Shown one piece after another: positions 38,249 through 51,785 of a stretch of DNA of 64,000 bases. The DNA comes from an uncultured Gemmatimonadales bacterium. Lineage in GTDB: Bacteria; Gemmatimonadota; Gemmatimonadetes; Longimicrobiales; RSA9. The notes beneath the pieces are model-generated. The model was not told the DNA's origin and did no database searches. It saw only the letters and a list, made by a program, of their open reading frames with translations. The position numbers and the translations under genes are program-made. The stretch covers positions 1,536,001-1,600,000 of the forward strand of contig CAWFKH010000003.1 in the NCBI GenBank assembly GCA_963816355.1, written 5' to 3'. The first letter of the stretch is position 1. Each line of letters begins with the position of its first letter.

Positions 38249-39540
38249 CCGGCGGCCTCCGCGATCGCGAAGGCGACCGCGTCGAGGGTCGCATCGACGT
38301 CCGCCTCGTCGTGCGCGACGGAGAGGAAGGACGCCTCGAACGGAGAGGGCGGGAGGAAGACGCCGCGATCGAGGCAAGCGTGGAAGAAGCGGCCGAAGAA
38401 CGCGCGGTCCGTGCCCTGCGCGTCCTCGAAGCGGCGAACGGGGCCGGGAACGAAGTGGAAGCCCCACATCGCGCCCGCCGCGCCGCCGCTCACATCGACG
38501 TCGTACTCGCGTGCGTGATCGCGGATTCCGGACACGAGCCGGAGCGCCAGTCGCTCGAGCGCGTCGTGCGGCCGCAGCTCGCGCAGCGAGAGGAGCTGCG
38601 CCAGGCCGGCCGCCATCGCGAGCGGATTGCCCGACAGCGTACCCGCCTGGTAGACCGGCCCCTCCGGCGCCACTTCGGCCATCAGGTCCGCGCGGCCGCC
38701 GTACGCGCCCACCGGCAGTCCGCCGCCGATCACCTTCCCCAGCGTGGTGAGGTCGGGCGTGATTGCGAAGCGCGCCTGCGCCCCCCCGAGCGCGACACGG
38801 AAGCCGGTCATCACCTCGTCGAAGATCAGGAGCGCGCCCGCGCCGGATGTGATGCGGCGCAGCGCCTCGAGGAAGCCCGGCTCCGGCACGATGAAGCCGG
38901 CGTTGCCGACGACCGGCTCGAGAATGACGCAGGCGATGCGATCGCCACGCTCCGCGAACGCCGCCTCCACGGCGCCGACGTCGTTGTACGGCACGCTCAA
39001 CGTGAGACGCGCGAGCTCCGCCGGCACCCCGGGCGAGTCCGGCAGCCCCAGCGTCGCCACGCCGCTGCCCGCGTGTACGAGGAAGCCGTCCGCGTGCCCG
39101 TGATAGCAGCCGTTGAACTTGAGGATCAGGTCGCGGCCGGTCACCGCCCGCGCCAGCCGCACGGCCGCCATCGTCGCCTCGGTCCCGCTGCTGACGAAGC
39201 GCACCCGCTCCATCGAGGGGACGAGCTCCGAGATCAGCTCCGCCAGCGCCACCTCGCCGCCGCACGGCGCGCCGTAGCTCGTGCCCCGCTGCACCGCCTC
39301 CTGCACCGCCGTCGCAACCGAGCCGTGGGCGTGGCCGAGGATCACCGCCCCCCAGCTCATCACGTAATCGATGTAGCGGTTGCCATCGACATCCCACAGG
39401 TACGCGCCCTGCGCCCGATCGACGAAGAACGGTGTCCCCCCGACCGACCGGAAGGCACGCACCGGCGAGCTGACCCCACCCGGCATCAGGGCTCGCGCGC
39501 GCTCGAACAGCGCCTCGCTCCGCTCCGTCGTGCGCGTCAC
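38245..39540 (-). CDS. hemL: Glutamate-1-semialdehyde 2,1-aminomutase
   Basis: [32 protein letters not shown] and QAGTLSGNP motifs. Confidence 0.96.
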   Translation of the reverse strand: MTRTTERSEALFERARALMPGGVSSPVRAFRSVGGTPFFVDRAQGAYLWDVDGNRYIDYVMSWGAVILGHAHGSVATAVQEAVQRGTSYGAPCGGEVALAELISELVPSMERVRFVSSGTEATMAAVRLARAVTGRDLILKFNGCYHGHADGFLVHAGSGVATLGLPDSPGVPAELARLTLSVPYNDVGAVEAAFAERGDRIACVILEPVVGNAGFIVPEPGFLEALRRITSGAGALLIFDEVMTGFRVALGGAQARFAITPDLTTLGKVIGGGLPVGAYGGRADLMAEVAPEGPVYQAGTLSGNPLAMAAGLAQLLSLRELRPHDALERLALRLVSGIRDHAREYDVDVSGGAAGAMWGFHFVPGPVRRFEDAQGTDRAFFGRFFHACLDRGVFLPPSPFEASFLSVAHDEADVDATLDAVAFAIAEAAG

Positions 39541-39541
39541 C

Positions 39542-41089
39542 TCAGTGCTCCTCTCCGCCGGCCGAGCCCCCTGCGACGACGCCCTCCAGATCGTGCTCGC
39601 CCGCGCCGGTGACGCGCACCCGCAGGCGGTCGCCCGGCCGCGCCTGCGCCGCGCCCGTGATCTCGACCACTCCGTCCACTTCCGGCGCCTGCGCCCGCGT
39701 GCGCCCGACCGCGGGTGTTCCGTCCGCTCCCGCCGCGCGATCGACCAGCACCGTCGTCTCGCGCCCGATCCACGCTTCGTTCGCGGCGAGCGAGATCCCC
39801 CGCTGGATCTCCAGCAGCCGCTCCAGCCGCTCCCGGCGCTCCGCCTCCGGCACCGGATCCGACATCTCTGCCGCAGGCGTCCCCGCCTCCGGCGAATACG
39901 GAAAGGCTCCGAGGTGGTCGAAGCGGATCTCCTCGAGCAGATCCAGCATCGCCTCGAAATCCTCCTCGCTCTCGCCGGGGAAGCCGACGATCACCGTCGT
40001 GCGGAGCGCGACGTGGGGGATCGCCTCGCGCAGCGCCGCGACCCGCTCGCGGATGGTGCGCGCGCGCTCCGGCCGCCGCATCCGCCGCAACACCGCGTCC
40101 GAGCCGTGCTGGATCGGCATGTCCAGGTACGGCACGATGCGCGGCTCGCGCGCCATGAGCGCCACCAGCTCCGGCGTGATCCCCGACGGATACATGTAGA
40201 AGAGGCGCAGCCACGGGATCGCCGTGCCCTCGAGCAACGCCTCCAGCAGCGCCGGCAGCGCGCCCCCGCGTGGGGGGCGCCAACCGTGAAGCGGGCCGGC
40301 GGCGCCCGCCGCCCCACGCGCGGCCGGCCGCGGCCCGGCGAGCCGGTCGAAGGGACGCCCGATGAAGTAGCCGCCGTCGTCCGCCGGAATTCCGTTCCTC
40401 CAGTCCCGGCCGTACCACGTCGTGTCCTGGCTGACGATGTTGAGCTCGACGACGCCGCGCACCTCCAGCTCCGTCGCCTCCCGGACGAGCACGTCGATCG
40501 GCGTCGAGCGGAAGCGGCCTCGCATCAGCGGGATCGCGCAGAAGGCGCAGGTGTGATCGCAGCCTTCGCTGATCTTGAGGAAGCTCGAGTGGCGGTGGGC
40601 GCTCGCCAGCGCGCGCAGCGGCCGCTCCATGTTCGGAACCGATTCCGCGAGCAGGCCGCGTCGTCGCAGCTCCGGCAGCAGGCGGTCCGTCTCGGTCAGG
40701 CCGAGGAAGAGGTCGACCTCCGGCAGCTCGGCCGCCAGCTCGTCCTTGTGGCGCTGCACGAGACAGCCGATCGCCACCACCGCGGCGACGCGTCCATCGT
40801 CCTTGAGCCGCGCCGCCTCGAGCAGCGTCTCGATCGACTCCTCCCGCGCCGCCTCGATGAAGCCGCACGTGTTGACCACGACGACGTCCGCCGACGCCGC
40901 GTCCGGCGCCACGGCCACCCCGGCGCCGAGCAGCGCGCCGAGGATCCGCTCACTGTCCACCGTGTTCTTGTCGCAACCGAGCGTCACCAGGGCCACGCGC
41001 GGGCCGCCGGGATCGGCGCCGACGGCCGCGGCGGTCGATCGCGCCGGGAGGACCGGCAGCGAGATCCGCTTGCGGGTGCTCGTCGCCAT
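39542..41089 (-). CDS. rimO: Ribosomal protein S12 methylthiotransferase
   Basis: [27 protein letters not shown] and TRAM APEVDG motifs. Confidence 0.94.
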   Translation of the reverse strand: MATSTRKRISLPVLPARSTAAAVGADPGGPRVALVTLGCDKNTVDSERILGALLGAGVAVAPDAASADVVVVNTCGFIEAAREESIETLLEAARLKDDGRVAAVVAIGCLVQRHKDELAAELPEVDLFLGLTETDRLLPELRRRGLLAESVPNMERPLRALASAHRHSSFLKISEGCDHTCAFCAIPLMRGRFRSTPIDVLVREATELEVRGVVELNIVSQDTTWYGRDWRNGIPADDGGYFIGRPFDRLAGPRPAARGAAGAAGPLHGWRPPRGGALPALLEALLEGTAIPWLRLFYMYPSGITPELVALMAREPRIVPYLDMPIQHGSDAVLRRMRRPERARTIRERVAALREAIPHVALRTTVIVGFPGESEEDFEAMLDLLEEIRFDHLGAFPYSPEAGTPAAEMSDPVPEAERRERLERLLEIQRGISLAANEAWIGRETTVLVDRAAGADGTPAVGRTRAQAPEVDGVVEITGAAQARPGDRLRVRVTGAGEHDLEGVVAGGSAGGEEH

Positions 41090-41094
41090 CGGCC

Positions 41095-42111
41095 TCAACC
41101 GCGGTCGACGATGGTCGCGCCGGGCGGCGGCTCGAAGTGGAAGAGCGAGTCCGGCAGCGTCGGATTCACGCGCAGGTCGCTCAGCTCGAAGCGCCGTACA
41201 GCGCCGCTGTCGTCCGTGATCTCGAACCGACGAACGAGGCCGTCACGCTCGTCCACCCAGACGCGCAACTGACGGTACTGTGCCGGCTCGCGCGGCGTGA
41301 GCACGAGCACCGTCGCGGTGCGACCACCCACCGTCTCGCTCCCCTCCAGACGGGCGGCGAAGCGGCGCAGCGGGTCGCCCAGGAACTGCGCCTGCAGGTC
41401 CAGCCCCCCCGCACCGGCGCCACCGGCGGCCCGGATCACCTGGCTCGAGTCGACGCTCGGATAGTAGACCCACAACGTGCGCCCGTCGCTCACGATCACG
41501 TCCCCGGCCGGCTGGCTGAACCGCATCAGGAAACGTCCCGGCCGCCGCTCGTACAGCGTGCCGCGGCTCGTGGTCGTCGCGTTGAGCAGCGGGTTCTCGA
41601 GCCGCTGCACGAACGTGGCGCGCAGCGAACGGACGAGGTCGTAGGCCGCAGCGGCCCGTCGCAGCACCGCCTCCGCTTTCGGATCGCCCGCCGCGCTCGC
41701 GGCCGGCCCGTCCGCTCCAGCCCGCTCGGCCGCCGGGGCGCCGTCTTCGGCGCGGCCAGGGGCCGCTCGCCGAGCGTCGTTCCCGCCCGAGGCTCCCCCT
41801 TCGCCGGGCACGGCCGCGGCCGGCGGCGAATCCGCCGCTCCGATCGCCCGCGCCCCCCCCGCGGCGCCGCCGCCCGACCCGTCCGTGCGCGCGTCGGCGG
41901 GCGCGGCCGGGTCGTCCGCAAACGCGCCCTCCAGCGCGGCGGAGGCGTCGCCGCGGCCCGGACCCGCGACGACCGTGGAGTGACCGCCGGCGCGCGCTGT
42001 GCCGCTGGCGCCATCCTCCGGCGCCGCGGAGCGCCCGAAGTGGCCGCGGGCGCCCAGCGCGACAACGGCTGCGACGCCCGCGAAAGCCAGAGCGATCAGT
42101 ATCTTACGCAT
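41095..42111 (-). CDS. lolA: Outer-membrane lipoprotein carrier LolA with long N-terminal linker
   Basis: ATFVQ...RPGRF...IVSDGRTLWVY...FHFEPPPGA; sits after ftsK as in many diderms. Confidence 0.85.
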   Translation of the reverse strand: MRKILIALAFAGVAAVVALGARGHFGRSAAPEDGASGTARAGGHSTVVAGPGRGDASAALEGAFADDPAAPADARTDGSGGGAAGGARAIGAADSPPAAAVPGEGGASGGNDARRAAPGRAEDGAPAAERAGADGPAASAAGDPKAEAVLRRAAAAYDLVRSLRATFVQRLENPLLNATTTSRGTLYERRPGRFLMRFSQPAGDVIVSDGRTLWVYYPSVDSSQVIRAAGGAGAGGLDLQAQFLGDPLRRFAARLEGSETVGGRTATVLVLTPREPAQYRQLRVWVDERDGLVRRFEITDDSGAVRRFELSDLRVNPTLPDSLFHFEPPPGATIVDRG

Positions 42112-42179
42112 TTCTCGGCGTGGTTCTCATCGGACCCGCTGCTACCCGGTCCGCCGGAGGATCGTTCCGGAGCGACCGC

Positions 42180-44447
<2,268 letters not shown>

Positions 44448-44469
44448 CCGGTGCTCCGAGTGAAGCCGA

Positions 44470-45204
44470 CTACGCGCGGGCGGGGCGAGGCAGGGTGATC
44501 TGGCGGTCGCGGAGCTCCGGCACGAGCTCGTAGCGATCGACCGCGGCGCAGAATTCGAGATCCTCGCCGAGCCCGAGCGCCGCCAGCGCCTTCCCGCCGC
44601 CGCTCGAGCGGAGGATCGCCAGCGGCCGCTCCCGGTACGGCTTCGCGAGCGCCGAGGCGGCGAGCGCCGCGTCGTTCAGCGTGAGCCGCCCGACCCGCTC
44701 TCGCAGCGCCAGCACGAGGGCGCCCGCGCACGCGCCGTCCTCCAGCGCGAAGTGGCCCTCGCGGCCCGCGCACACGACGATCGCGGATTCCTTCGTCTCC
44801 GCCAGTGTGTCCGCCACGGCGCCGAGGTTGAGGAAGGCGCCGAGGAGGACGCGAGCGCCCGCGACCACGGCCAGCAGCGCCTGCGTGCCGTTCGTCGTCG
44901 TGAGCGCCAGCAGCTTGCCGGAGACCCGCTCCGGCGTGTACTCGATCGGCGAGTTGCCCAGGTCGAAACCCTCGATCTTGACGCCCTTCCGCTCTCCGCA
45001 GACCAGCGCCGCCTGCCGCCCCACGCGCTGCGCGAGCGCCGTCGCCTCCTCGGGCGTCTGTACCGGCGCCACCGCGCGCGCGCCGTTCGAGAGCGCCTCC
45101 AGGATCGTGCTCGTCGCGCGGAGCACATCGATGACGACCACGGTGCGCCCCGCGACGCCCGCCGCCGGCAGTTCCGCCGGCGTGAAGCAGACGTCGATCT
45201 TCAC
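44470..45204 (-). CDS. 2-phosphosulfolactate phosphatase (ComB) family protein
   Basis: [25 protein letters not shown] and EDGACAG motifs; GTG start 45204. Confidence 0.9.
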   Translation of the reverse strand: MKIDVCFTPAELPAAGVAGRTVVVIDVLRATSTILEALSNGARAVAPVQTPEEATALAQRVGRQAALVCGERKGVKIEGFDLGNSPIEYTPERVSGKLLALTTTNGTQALLAVVAGARVLLGAFLNLGAVADTLAETKESAIVVCAGREGHFALEDGACAGALVLALRERVGRLTLNDAALAASALAKPYRERPLAILRSSGGGKALAALGLGEDLEFCAAVDRYELVPELRDRQITLPRPARA

Positions 45205-46562
45205 GAGGCCGCCACCGGCTCCGCCATCCGCCGCTCCAGGAACTTGGTGTCGAACTCGCCCGCGCAGAACTGCTCGTCGCTCATCAGCTCCAGGAGAAAG
45301 GGCACGGTGGTGTGGATCCCTTCGATGATGAACGATTCGAGGGCCATGCGCATGCGCGCGATCGCCTCCTCGCGGTCCTTGCCGTGCACGATCAGCTTCC
45401 CGAGCAGCGAGTCGTAGTAGGGCGGCACGTGGTAGCCGGCGTAGGCGTGCGTGTCCACGCGAACCCCCGGCCCGCCCGGCGTGTGGAAGATCGACACCGT
45501 TCCGGGGCTCGGCGCGAAGCGGCGGGACGGGTCCTCCGCGTTGATGCGGCACTCGATCGCGTGACCGCGAAGCCGCAGCTCGCACCCTTCCGGCGTAGAG
45601 ATCGGCGCACCCGCCGCGATCCGGATCTGCTCCTTCACCAGGTCGACACCCGTCACCATCTCCGTCACCGGATGCTCCACCTGGATGCGCGTGTTCATCT
45701 CCATGAAATAGAAGGAGCCGTCCTCGTCGAGCAGGAACTCCATCGTACCGGCCGAGAAATAGCCGATGTGCGACGCACCGCGCACGGCGGCCTCCCCCAT
45801 CGCTTCACGGATCTCCGGCGTCATCGCCGGCGACGGCGCCTCCTCGATCAGCTTCTGGTGACGGCGCTGAATCGAGCAGTCCCGCTCGCCCAGGTGGATC
45901 ACCCGCCCGTGTTGATCGCCCAGGATCTGGAACTCGATGTGCCGCGGCCGGGCGAGGTACTTCTCGAGGTACACCGTCGAATCACCGAACGCCGCAGCCG
46001 CCTCCTGCTGCGCCGCCTGGAACTGCCGCGCGAACTCCGACGCCTCCTTCACCACCCGCATCCCCTTGCCACCACCGCCCGCCGCCGCCTTGATCAGCAC
46101 CGGGAATCCGATCGACGACGCGAGATCCGCCGCCTCGTCCGCATCCGCCAGCGCCCCGGGGCTGCCCGGCACCGTCGGCACGCCCACCTCCTGCATCGTG
46201 CGGCGCGCCACCGCCTTGTCCCCCATCTGGCGGATCTGCTGCGCGTTCGGGCCGATGAACACCAGCCCCGAGTGCTCGCAGATCTCCGCGAACTCCGCGT
46301 TCTCCGCGAGAAAGCCGTAGCCGGGGTGGATCGCCTCCGCCCCCGTGATCTCGGCCGCCGCCATGATGCGCGGAATGTTCAGATAGCTCTCGCGTGCCGG
46401 CGGCGGACCGATGCAGACGTCCTCGTCCGCGAATCGCACGTGCAGCGACTCCCGATCCGCCTCGCTGTAAACCGCCACCGTGCGGATCCCCATCTCACGG
46501 CACGCCCGGATCACCCGGAGCGCGATCTCGCCCCGGTTCGCGATCAGCACTTTGCGGAACAT
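45201..46562 (-). CDS. accC: Acetyl-CoA carboxylase biotin carboxylase subunit
   Basis: [26 protein letters not shown] and [10 protein letters not shown] motifs. Confidence 0.96.
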   Translation of the reverse strand: MFRKVLIANRGEIALRVIRACREMGIRTVAVYSEADRESLHVRFADEDVCIGPPPARESYLNIPRIMAAAEITGAEAIHPGYGFLAENAEFAEICEHSGLVFIGPNAQQIRQMGDKAVARRTMQEVGVPTVPGSPGALADADEAADLASSIGFPVLIKAAAGGGGKGMRVVKEASEFARQFQAAQQEAAAAFGDSTVYLEKYLARPRHIEFQILGDQHGRVIHLGERDCSIQRRHQKLIEEAPSPAMTPEIREAMGEAAVRGASHIGYFSAGTMEFLLDEDGSFYFMEMNTRIQVEHPVTEMVTGVDLVKEQIRIAAGAPISTPEGCELRLRGHAIECRINAEDPSRRFAPSPGTVSIFHTPGGPGVRVDTHAYAGYHVPPYYDSLLGKLIVHGKDREEAIARMRMALESFIIEGIHTTVPFLLELMSDEQFCAGEFDTKFLERRMAEPVAAS

Positions 46563-46569
46563 GCGCCCG

Positions 46570-47211
46570 CTACCGGGCCGCCGCGGTCTCGACGCGGAAG
46601 AGCACCTGCCCGTACTCGACCGGCTCCGCGTTCTCGACCAGGACCTCACGGACGACGCCCTCCACCTCGCTCTCCAGCTCGTTCATCAGCTTCATCGCTT
46701 CGAGGATGCAGAGCGTCTGGCCCTTCGAGATCGAGCTCCCCACCTCCACGTACGCCGGCGCTTCCGGCGCCGGCGAGCGGTAAAACGTCCCCACCATCGG
46801 CGACTTGATCTCGTGCAGCGGCGACTCCTCGGCACCACCCGCCTCGGCTCCCCCCGCTTGCGCGCCCGCCGCGCCCCCGGAGACGGTCTCCTGCGCCGCC
46901 GCCGCCGCGACCGGCGCGGCCACCGGCACCGCGACCGGCGCGGCCGCGCCCTGCGCCATCGGCGGCGCCGCCACCTGCGCCGGCGTCTTCGCCACGCGGA
47001 TGCGCGTGCCGGCACGGCTGATCTCGAGCGAGTCGATGCCGCTCTCGTCCACGGCGGCGATCAGGCCGCGGACGAAATCGAGATCGATGAGCGGCTGACC
47101 GGAGGCGGCCCGATGGTTCGGACTCGCGCCGCCGGCCGCACCCTCGGTCCCCGATTTCTCCACCCCCTTCGCCGGGCGCTTGCCGCCACCCTTGTTCCCC
47201 GCAGATGCCAT
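46570..47211 (-). CDS. accB: Biotin carboxyl carrier protein
   Basis: SPMVGTFY and EAMKLMNE biotinylation motif; start uncertain. Confidence 0.93.
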   Translation of the reverse strand: MASAGNKGGGKRPAKGVEKSGTEGAAGGASPNHRAASGQPLIDLDFVRGLIAAVDESGIDSLEISRAGTRIRVAKTPAQVAAPPMAQGAAAPVAVPVAAPVAAAAAQETVSGGAAGAQAGGAEAGGAEESPLHEIKSPMVGTFYRSPAPEAPAYVEVGSSISKGQTLCILEAMKLMNELESEVEGVVREVLVENAEPVEYGQVLFRVETAAAR

Positions 47212-47251
47212 TGATCTCTCCCGTCTATGTCCGGAGCGTCCGGCGCCCAGG

Positions 47252-47710
47252 CTAGCGCCCGCGCAGATGTCGCACCAGACCTCGCAAGCCGAGCAGGTAG
47301 CTGTCCGCACCGAAACCGACCACCGATCCCACCGCCACCGGGGCGAGGAGGGACCGACGACGGAACGGCTCGCGGCCGTGGATGTTCGACAGGTGAACCT
47401 CGACGAAGGGCAGGCCCACGCCCGTCAACGCGTCGCGGATCGCGACGCTCGTGTGCGTGTAGCCGCCCGCGTTGACGAGGAAGCCGGCCACATCGGCCGC
47501 ATCCGAGTGGATCCGGTCGATCAGCGCCCCTTCCCCGTTCGAGTGGTACGCGCGGACGAGCACGCCGAGCTCCGCCGCGAGCGTCGCGAGCCGTGCGTCG
47601 ATCTCCTCCAGCGTCGCACGTCCGTAGACCGCCGGCTCACGCCGCCCGAGCAGGTTCAGGTTCGGCCCGTGCAGGACCGAAACCGTCAACGCTTCAGACT
47701 CTGCAACCAC
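47252..47710 (-). CDS. aroQ: Type II 3-dehydroquinate dehydratase
   Basis: [17 protein letters not shown] and EVHLSN motifs. Confidence 0.96.
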   Translation of the reverse strand: MVAESEALTVSVLHGPNLNLLGRREPAVYGRATLEEIDARLATLAAELGVLVRAYHSNGEGALIDRIHSDAADVAGFLVNAGGYTHTSVAIRDALTGVGLPFVEVHLSNIHGREPFRRRSLLAPVAVGSVVGFGADSYLLGLRGLVRHLRGR

Positions 47711-49566
47711 GCGCGGAACACGTCCAGATCCTCGTCATCCTCACCCTCGCCGCCGGAGCCACCCTCTGCCGCCCCTTCCCCGCCGCCGGCCGCCCGGGGC
47801 GACGCGTCGGCCGGGGCTTCCGGCGCAGCCGTCCCGCCACCCACCCCGGGACGCTCCGCCGTCCCGGCGTCCGCCCCCTCCGCCGCAGGCTCGTCCGTGG
47901 CCCGTCCACCTCCCACCTCCACGCTACCCAGCGGACCCTCGGCGCGCCACGCCAGCAGCGAGCCGAAGTAGTCCCGGATCGTCGGCCCGGCCGGCTCGGC
48001 CTCCTCGCCCTCCTCCGGTGGCCACGCATACGGGCTCGTCGAGCTCTCCATGGCGCCGCCGCGACCCGTCCACGCCGACTCGACGTCCTCCACGCGCGCG
48101 CTGGACGGCGATGCCGCGACGACGTCGTCGAGCCGCAGCTCCGCCCCGTACGCATCCGGCACGGTCGCCGCCGCGGCTTCTGCGTCACGGAGCTTCCCCT
48201 CCAGCTCCTCGTCGTCCGGACGACGGCGCAGCAGCTCCCGGTACACCTCCGCCGCGCGCCCGTGCAGCCCCTGCTTCACGTAGAGGTCGCCGATCGTCTC
48301 CGTGACCAGCTCCGAGTCGCCTCCGGGGACCGCACCCGCTTCGCTCGCCGTGGCCCCCGGCTCCTCCTCCCACGGCATCAGCCAGTCCTCGTCCGCCCCA
48401 TCCTCCTCTCCCGGTCCGGCCGCCTCCCCTTCCGTTCCGGCCGCGTCCGCGCTCAACCCGAGCTCGCTCACGACGCTCTCGATCACGAGATCCACGTCTT
48501 CCTCGTCTTCCGGGCGGCCGGAGCCGACCAGGTCGTCGAGCGCCTCCTCGCCGAACGCCGTCACCCGACCTTCCTCCTCGCCCGTCGTCCCCGCGGCGAA
48601 CGTCCCCGCGTCCGTCTCTTCGTTCCGCGACGCTCCTCCCTCGTCGAACACCTCCAGCACGACCTCGTCGAGCACCACTTCGCCGAACGCGGCCTCCTCG
48701 AAGACGCCTTCCTCCACCTCCACCGCCTGCGTCTCCTCTCCGACCGCCTCGCCCCCAGCTTCCGCTTCAACGACGTCTTCCTCGCCCGCGTCCGCTCCGG
48801 CCCCGGCCTCGCCTTCCTCCGATTCCGCGGAGGCCGGCTCGACGTCGCTCGACTCCGGTTCCGGCGTGCTCGCCAGCACCCGGTCCCATTCGTCGCCGGA
48901 CCGGCCACCCTCGACGGACGACGCCGCGCCCTCCGCCAATGCGGCCGCGCCCTCCGCCGATGCGGCCGCGCCTTCGCCCGCCGGCGCGATGCCTTCGTCC
49001 GCGGCGGCGGCTTCCTCCGCCGGCACGCGGTCTTCATCCGCGGCAGCGGCTTCCTCCGCCGGCGCGCTGCCCTCGTCCGGTGCGGCGGCATGCTCGTGCG
49101 GCTCGTCGCCTCGGGCGGCGGCCGTCGGCGCCGTCGCGGCGACGGCCCCGCTCGGCCCCGGCATCTCGCCCGTCTCCACGTAAGTCTCTACGTCTTCAGC
49201 GGACGGATCCAGTGCGAGCAGTTCGCGGTAGTAGCCGAGGGCCACGTCGCGGCGCCCGTCGCGGCGCGCGAGGTCGCCGAGGGCGCGGAGCGCGACCAGA
49301 TTGTGCGGATCGAGCTCGACCACGCGCTGGAACGCGGATTCCGCGCCGCTCGCGTCGCCGAGGTCCTGCAGGACGCGACCGAGCACGACGTGGGCGCTGG
49401 AGTAGTCGGGGTGGCGACGGAGGCCCTCTTCGAGGACCTCGCGCGCGCGCCCCGCCTCGCCGGCTCGGCGGTACGCCTCCGCGAGATGGGTGAAGACCCG
49501 TCCTGCGGGGTTCTCGGCGTACAGAGCCTCGAGCTTTTCGATCTCGTCGCGGTAGGGTCCGGCCAT
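47686..49566 (-). CDS. TPR protein with long acidic low-complexity region
   Basis: N-terminal TPRs ([23 protein letters not shown]), E/A-rich centre, late TPR ([11 protein letters not shown]) and C-terminal FRAWLQSLK. Confidence 0.82.
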   Translation of the reverse strand: MAGPYRDEIEKLEALYAENPAGRVFTHLAEAYRRAGEAGRAREVLEEGLRRHPDYSSAHVVLGRVLQDLGDASGAESAFQRVVELDPHNLVALRALGDLARRDGRRDVALGYYRELLALDPSAEDVETYVETGEMPGPSGAVAATAPTAAARGDEPHEHAAAPDEGSAPAEEAAAADEDRVPAEEAAAADEGIAPAGEGAAASAEGAAALAEGAASSVEGGRSGDEWDRVLASTPEPESSDVEPASAESEEGEAGAGADAGEEDVVEAEAGGEAVGEETQAVEVEEGVFEEAAFGEVVLDEVVLEVFDEGGASRNEETDAGTFAAGTTGEEEGRVTAFGEEALDDLVGSGRPEDEEDVDLVIESVVSELGLSADAAGTEGEAAGPGEEDGADEDWLMPWEEEPGATASEAGAVPGGDSELVTETIGDLYVKQGLHGRAAEVYRELLRRRPDDEELEGKLRDAEAAAATVPDAYGAELRLDDVVAASPSSARVEDVESAWTGRGGAMESSTSPYAWPPEEGEEAEPAGPTIRDYFGSLLAWRAEGPLGSVEVGGGRATDEPAAEGADAGTAERPGVGGGTAAPEAPADASPRAAGGGEGAAEGGSGGEGEDDEDLDVFRAWLQSLKR

Positions 49567-49619
49567 CAGCCCAAACTCCACGCAGATTGGCGGTGAGACG
49601 GTGGGGTGAGAAGTGGTGG

Positions 49620-49649
49620 AAGATAGGAGCGGCGGCGGGGACGTGTCAA
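49620..49649 (-). promoter_or_regulatory. sigma70 promoter (TTGACA-18-TATCTT) heading the TPR-aroQ-accBC run
   Basis: Perfect -35 box in the divergent intergenic region. Confidence 0.65.
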
Positions 49650-49685
49650 CGCGGCGGCGACCTCGCGGCGAGGCGGTGTTTCAGC

Positions 49686-49714
49686 TTGTACCTTGCCGGT
49701 GGAGCACTTACGTT
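49686..49714 (+). promoter_or_regulatory. Putative sigma70 promoter of ppiD (TTGTAC-17-TACGTT)
   Basis: Correct spacing; about 60 bp before the ATG, which has an AGGAGG RBS. Confidence 0.5.
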
Positions 49715-49774
49715 TAGCGGTTTGGGGGGCCGGCGCCAGGGATCCACGCCGCGAGCAGGAGGAGAAGTCGGCGT

Positions 49775-51598
49775 ATGATGCGTCAGATGCGGGAAAACAC
49801 GAAATGGATCATGCTGCTCACGGCGGCCGCGTTCGTGGGCCTCATGATCTTCCAGTGGGGTATGGACGCGAGCGGTCGGAGCAGCTCGCAGTACTCCGGT
49901 GGCAAGCTCGGCAGCGTGAACGGCGAAGCGATCACGCTGCAGGAGTTCAACAACGTCTATCAGAACCTGTATCAGCAGCAGGATCAGCAGCAGGACGGAT
50001 CGATCTCGTCGTCGCAGAACCGGGAGATCGAGGACGCCGCGTGGCGGCAGCTCGTGTCGGAGAAGCTGATCGCTCAGGAGCTGCACCGCCGCGGCATCGG
50101 CGTGACGCCGGCCGAGATCAAGGAGGCGGCCCGGTTTTCGCCGCCGCCGGAGTTCCTCAGCAACCCGGTGTTCCAGACGAACGGTCAGTTCGACATCGAC
50201 AAATATCACCGCTTCCTCGCCTCGCCGGCGGTCGACGACCGGCTCCTGCTCCAGCTCGAGCAGTACTATCGCGAGGCGATCCCGCGCAGCAAGCTCTTCC
50301 GGCAGGTCGCGACCGGCGTCTACGTCCCGGACGGCGAGCTGTGGCGCCTCTATCGGGACCGCAACGAGAAGGTCCGCGTCGAATTCGTCGAGATCGATCC
50401 GCAGCACGTGGTGTCGGACGCGGAGGCGCCCGTCACGGATGCCGAGGTCCGGCAGTACTACGACGCGCATCGGGACAGCCTGCAGCGCCCGGCGCGGGTG
50501 CAGGTGCGGGTCCTTTCCCTGTCGAAGGCGCCCCTCGCCTCGGACACCGCCGCCGTCCGGGAGCACGCCCGGCAGTTGCACGACGAGATCGCTGGCGGCG
50601 CCGCCTTCGACGATGTCGCCAGGCGCGAAGCCTCCGAGGGCGGGCAGAGCGCGGACACGGCGGCGGCGATCGCGGTACGGCGGGGACAGACGCCCTTCGA
50701 CTCGATCCTCTTCACGGTGCCGGTCGGGCACGTGAGCGAGCCGGTGGAAACGCCCGCGGGCATTCAGATTTTCGAGATCGAGAGCCGGAGCGGCGACCAG
50801 GCCGAGGTGCGCCGCATCGTCGTGCCGATCGAACGGCAGAACGACTCCGAGACGGCGCTGCTCACGCGCGCCGACTCGCTCGAGGCGGTGGGTACGACGA
50901 GTGGCTTCGCGGAGGCGGCGCGCGCTCTCGGTCTGCAGAGCCGCGAGCTCAAGATGAGCGAGGGCACGCCGTACCTGCCCGGTGTCGGTGATGCCCAGGA
51001 GGGCGCCGATTGGGCGTTCGGCGACGTGGCCGTCGGCGAGACGAGCCCGGTCTTCGAGAACGAGTCGGACTACTACATGCTCGAGCTGGTCGACCGCCAG
51101 CCCGCGGGCACGATGTCGTTCGACGAAGTGAAGGATGCCCTCCGCCAGCGCGTGCAGGCACAGAAGAAGATGGCGATCGCGCGCAACGCCGCGCGCGACC
51201 TCGTCGACGAGGTGCACGGCGGGCTCTCGCTCGCCGAAGCGGCGAAGAAGCACGGCCTGTCGACGCAGGAGGCCGGGCCGTTCTCGCGCCTCGACTTCGT
51301 TCCGGATCTGGGGAGCACCAACGCGGTGATCGGCACCGCGTTCGGTCTCGACCTGAACGAGGTGAGCACGCCCGTGGAATCGGACGACAAGCTCTTCGTC
51401 GTGCGGCTCGTCGATCGCATTCAGGCGGACCGCAAGGCGTTCGAGGCGCAGAAGGGAGACCAGCGGCAGCGTGTCACCGCGGCTCTCGAGCAGTCGCGCG
51501 TGACGCTGTTCCTCAACGACCTGCGCGAGCGCGCGAAGATCGTGGACGACCACGTGGCCGCCCTGCACGCCTCGCGCGCCGCGCCCAGCTCCACCTGA
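49775..51598 (+). CDS. ppiD: PpiD-like membrane-anchored periplasmic chaperone (SurA_N + rotamase)
   Basis: N-terminal TM, GSVNGEAIT SurA_N start and rotamase-like VSEPVETPAG. Confidence 0.85.
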   Translation: MMRQMRENTKWIMLLTAAAFVGLMIFQWGMDASGRSSSQYSGGKLGSVNGEAITLQEFNNVYQNLYQQQDQQQDGSISSSQNREIEDAAWRQLVSEKLIAQELHRRGIGVTPAEIKEAARFSPPPEFLSNPVFQTNGQFDIDKYHRFLASPAVDDRLLLQLEQYYREAIPRSKLFRQVATGVYVPDGELWRLYRDRNEKVRVEFVEIDPQHVVSDAEAPVTDAEVRQYYDAHRDSLQRPARVQVRVLSLSKAPLASDTAAVREHARQLHDEIAGGAAFDDVARREASEGGQSADTAAAIAVRRGQTPFDSILFTVPVGHVSEPVETPAGIQIFEIESRSGDQAEVRRIVVPIERQNDSETALLTRADSLEAVGTTSGFAEAARALGLQSRELKMSEGTPYLPGVGDAQEGADWAFGDVAVGETSPVFENESDYYMLELVDRQPAGTMSFDEVKDALRQRVQAQKKMAIARNAARDLVDEVHGGLSLAEAAKKHGLSTQEAGPFSRLDFVPDLGSTNAVIGTAFGLDLNEVSTPVESDDKLFVVRLVDRIQADRKAFEAQKGDQRQRVTAALEQSRVTLFLNDLRERAKIVDDHVAALHASRAAPSST

Positions 51599-51618
51599 GA
51601 GCGGAGGGCGCGCTCCGG

Positions 51619-51659
51619 CCGCGCCGCAGCGGCACGTCCGCGCCGCAGCGGCACGTCCG
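51619..51659. repeat. 19-bp tandem duplication
   Basis: CCGCGCCGCAGCGGCACGT occurs twice in the ppiD-tatA gap. Confidence 0.85.
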
Positions 51660-51691
51660 TCAGCCGCCCGGCCGCGCCTGGCGGCGGCAAC

Positions 51692-51742
51692 GGCAGAGGC
51701 GCCCGGGAGCCGGAATTCGACCGGCTCCCGGGCGCCTCTGCC
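51692..51742. terminator. 22-bp perfect inverted repeat between convergent ppiD and tatA
   Basis: GGCAGAGGCGCCCGGGAGCCGG-AATTCGA-CCGGCTCCCGGGCGCCTCTGCC; only weak T tails. Confidence 0.7.
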
Positions 51743-51785
51743 TTGCGGCCCCCGGTGGTTCTCCGCCCTTCGCCCGATCCGCCGC

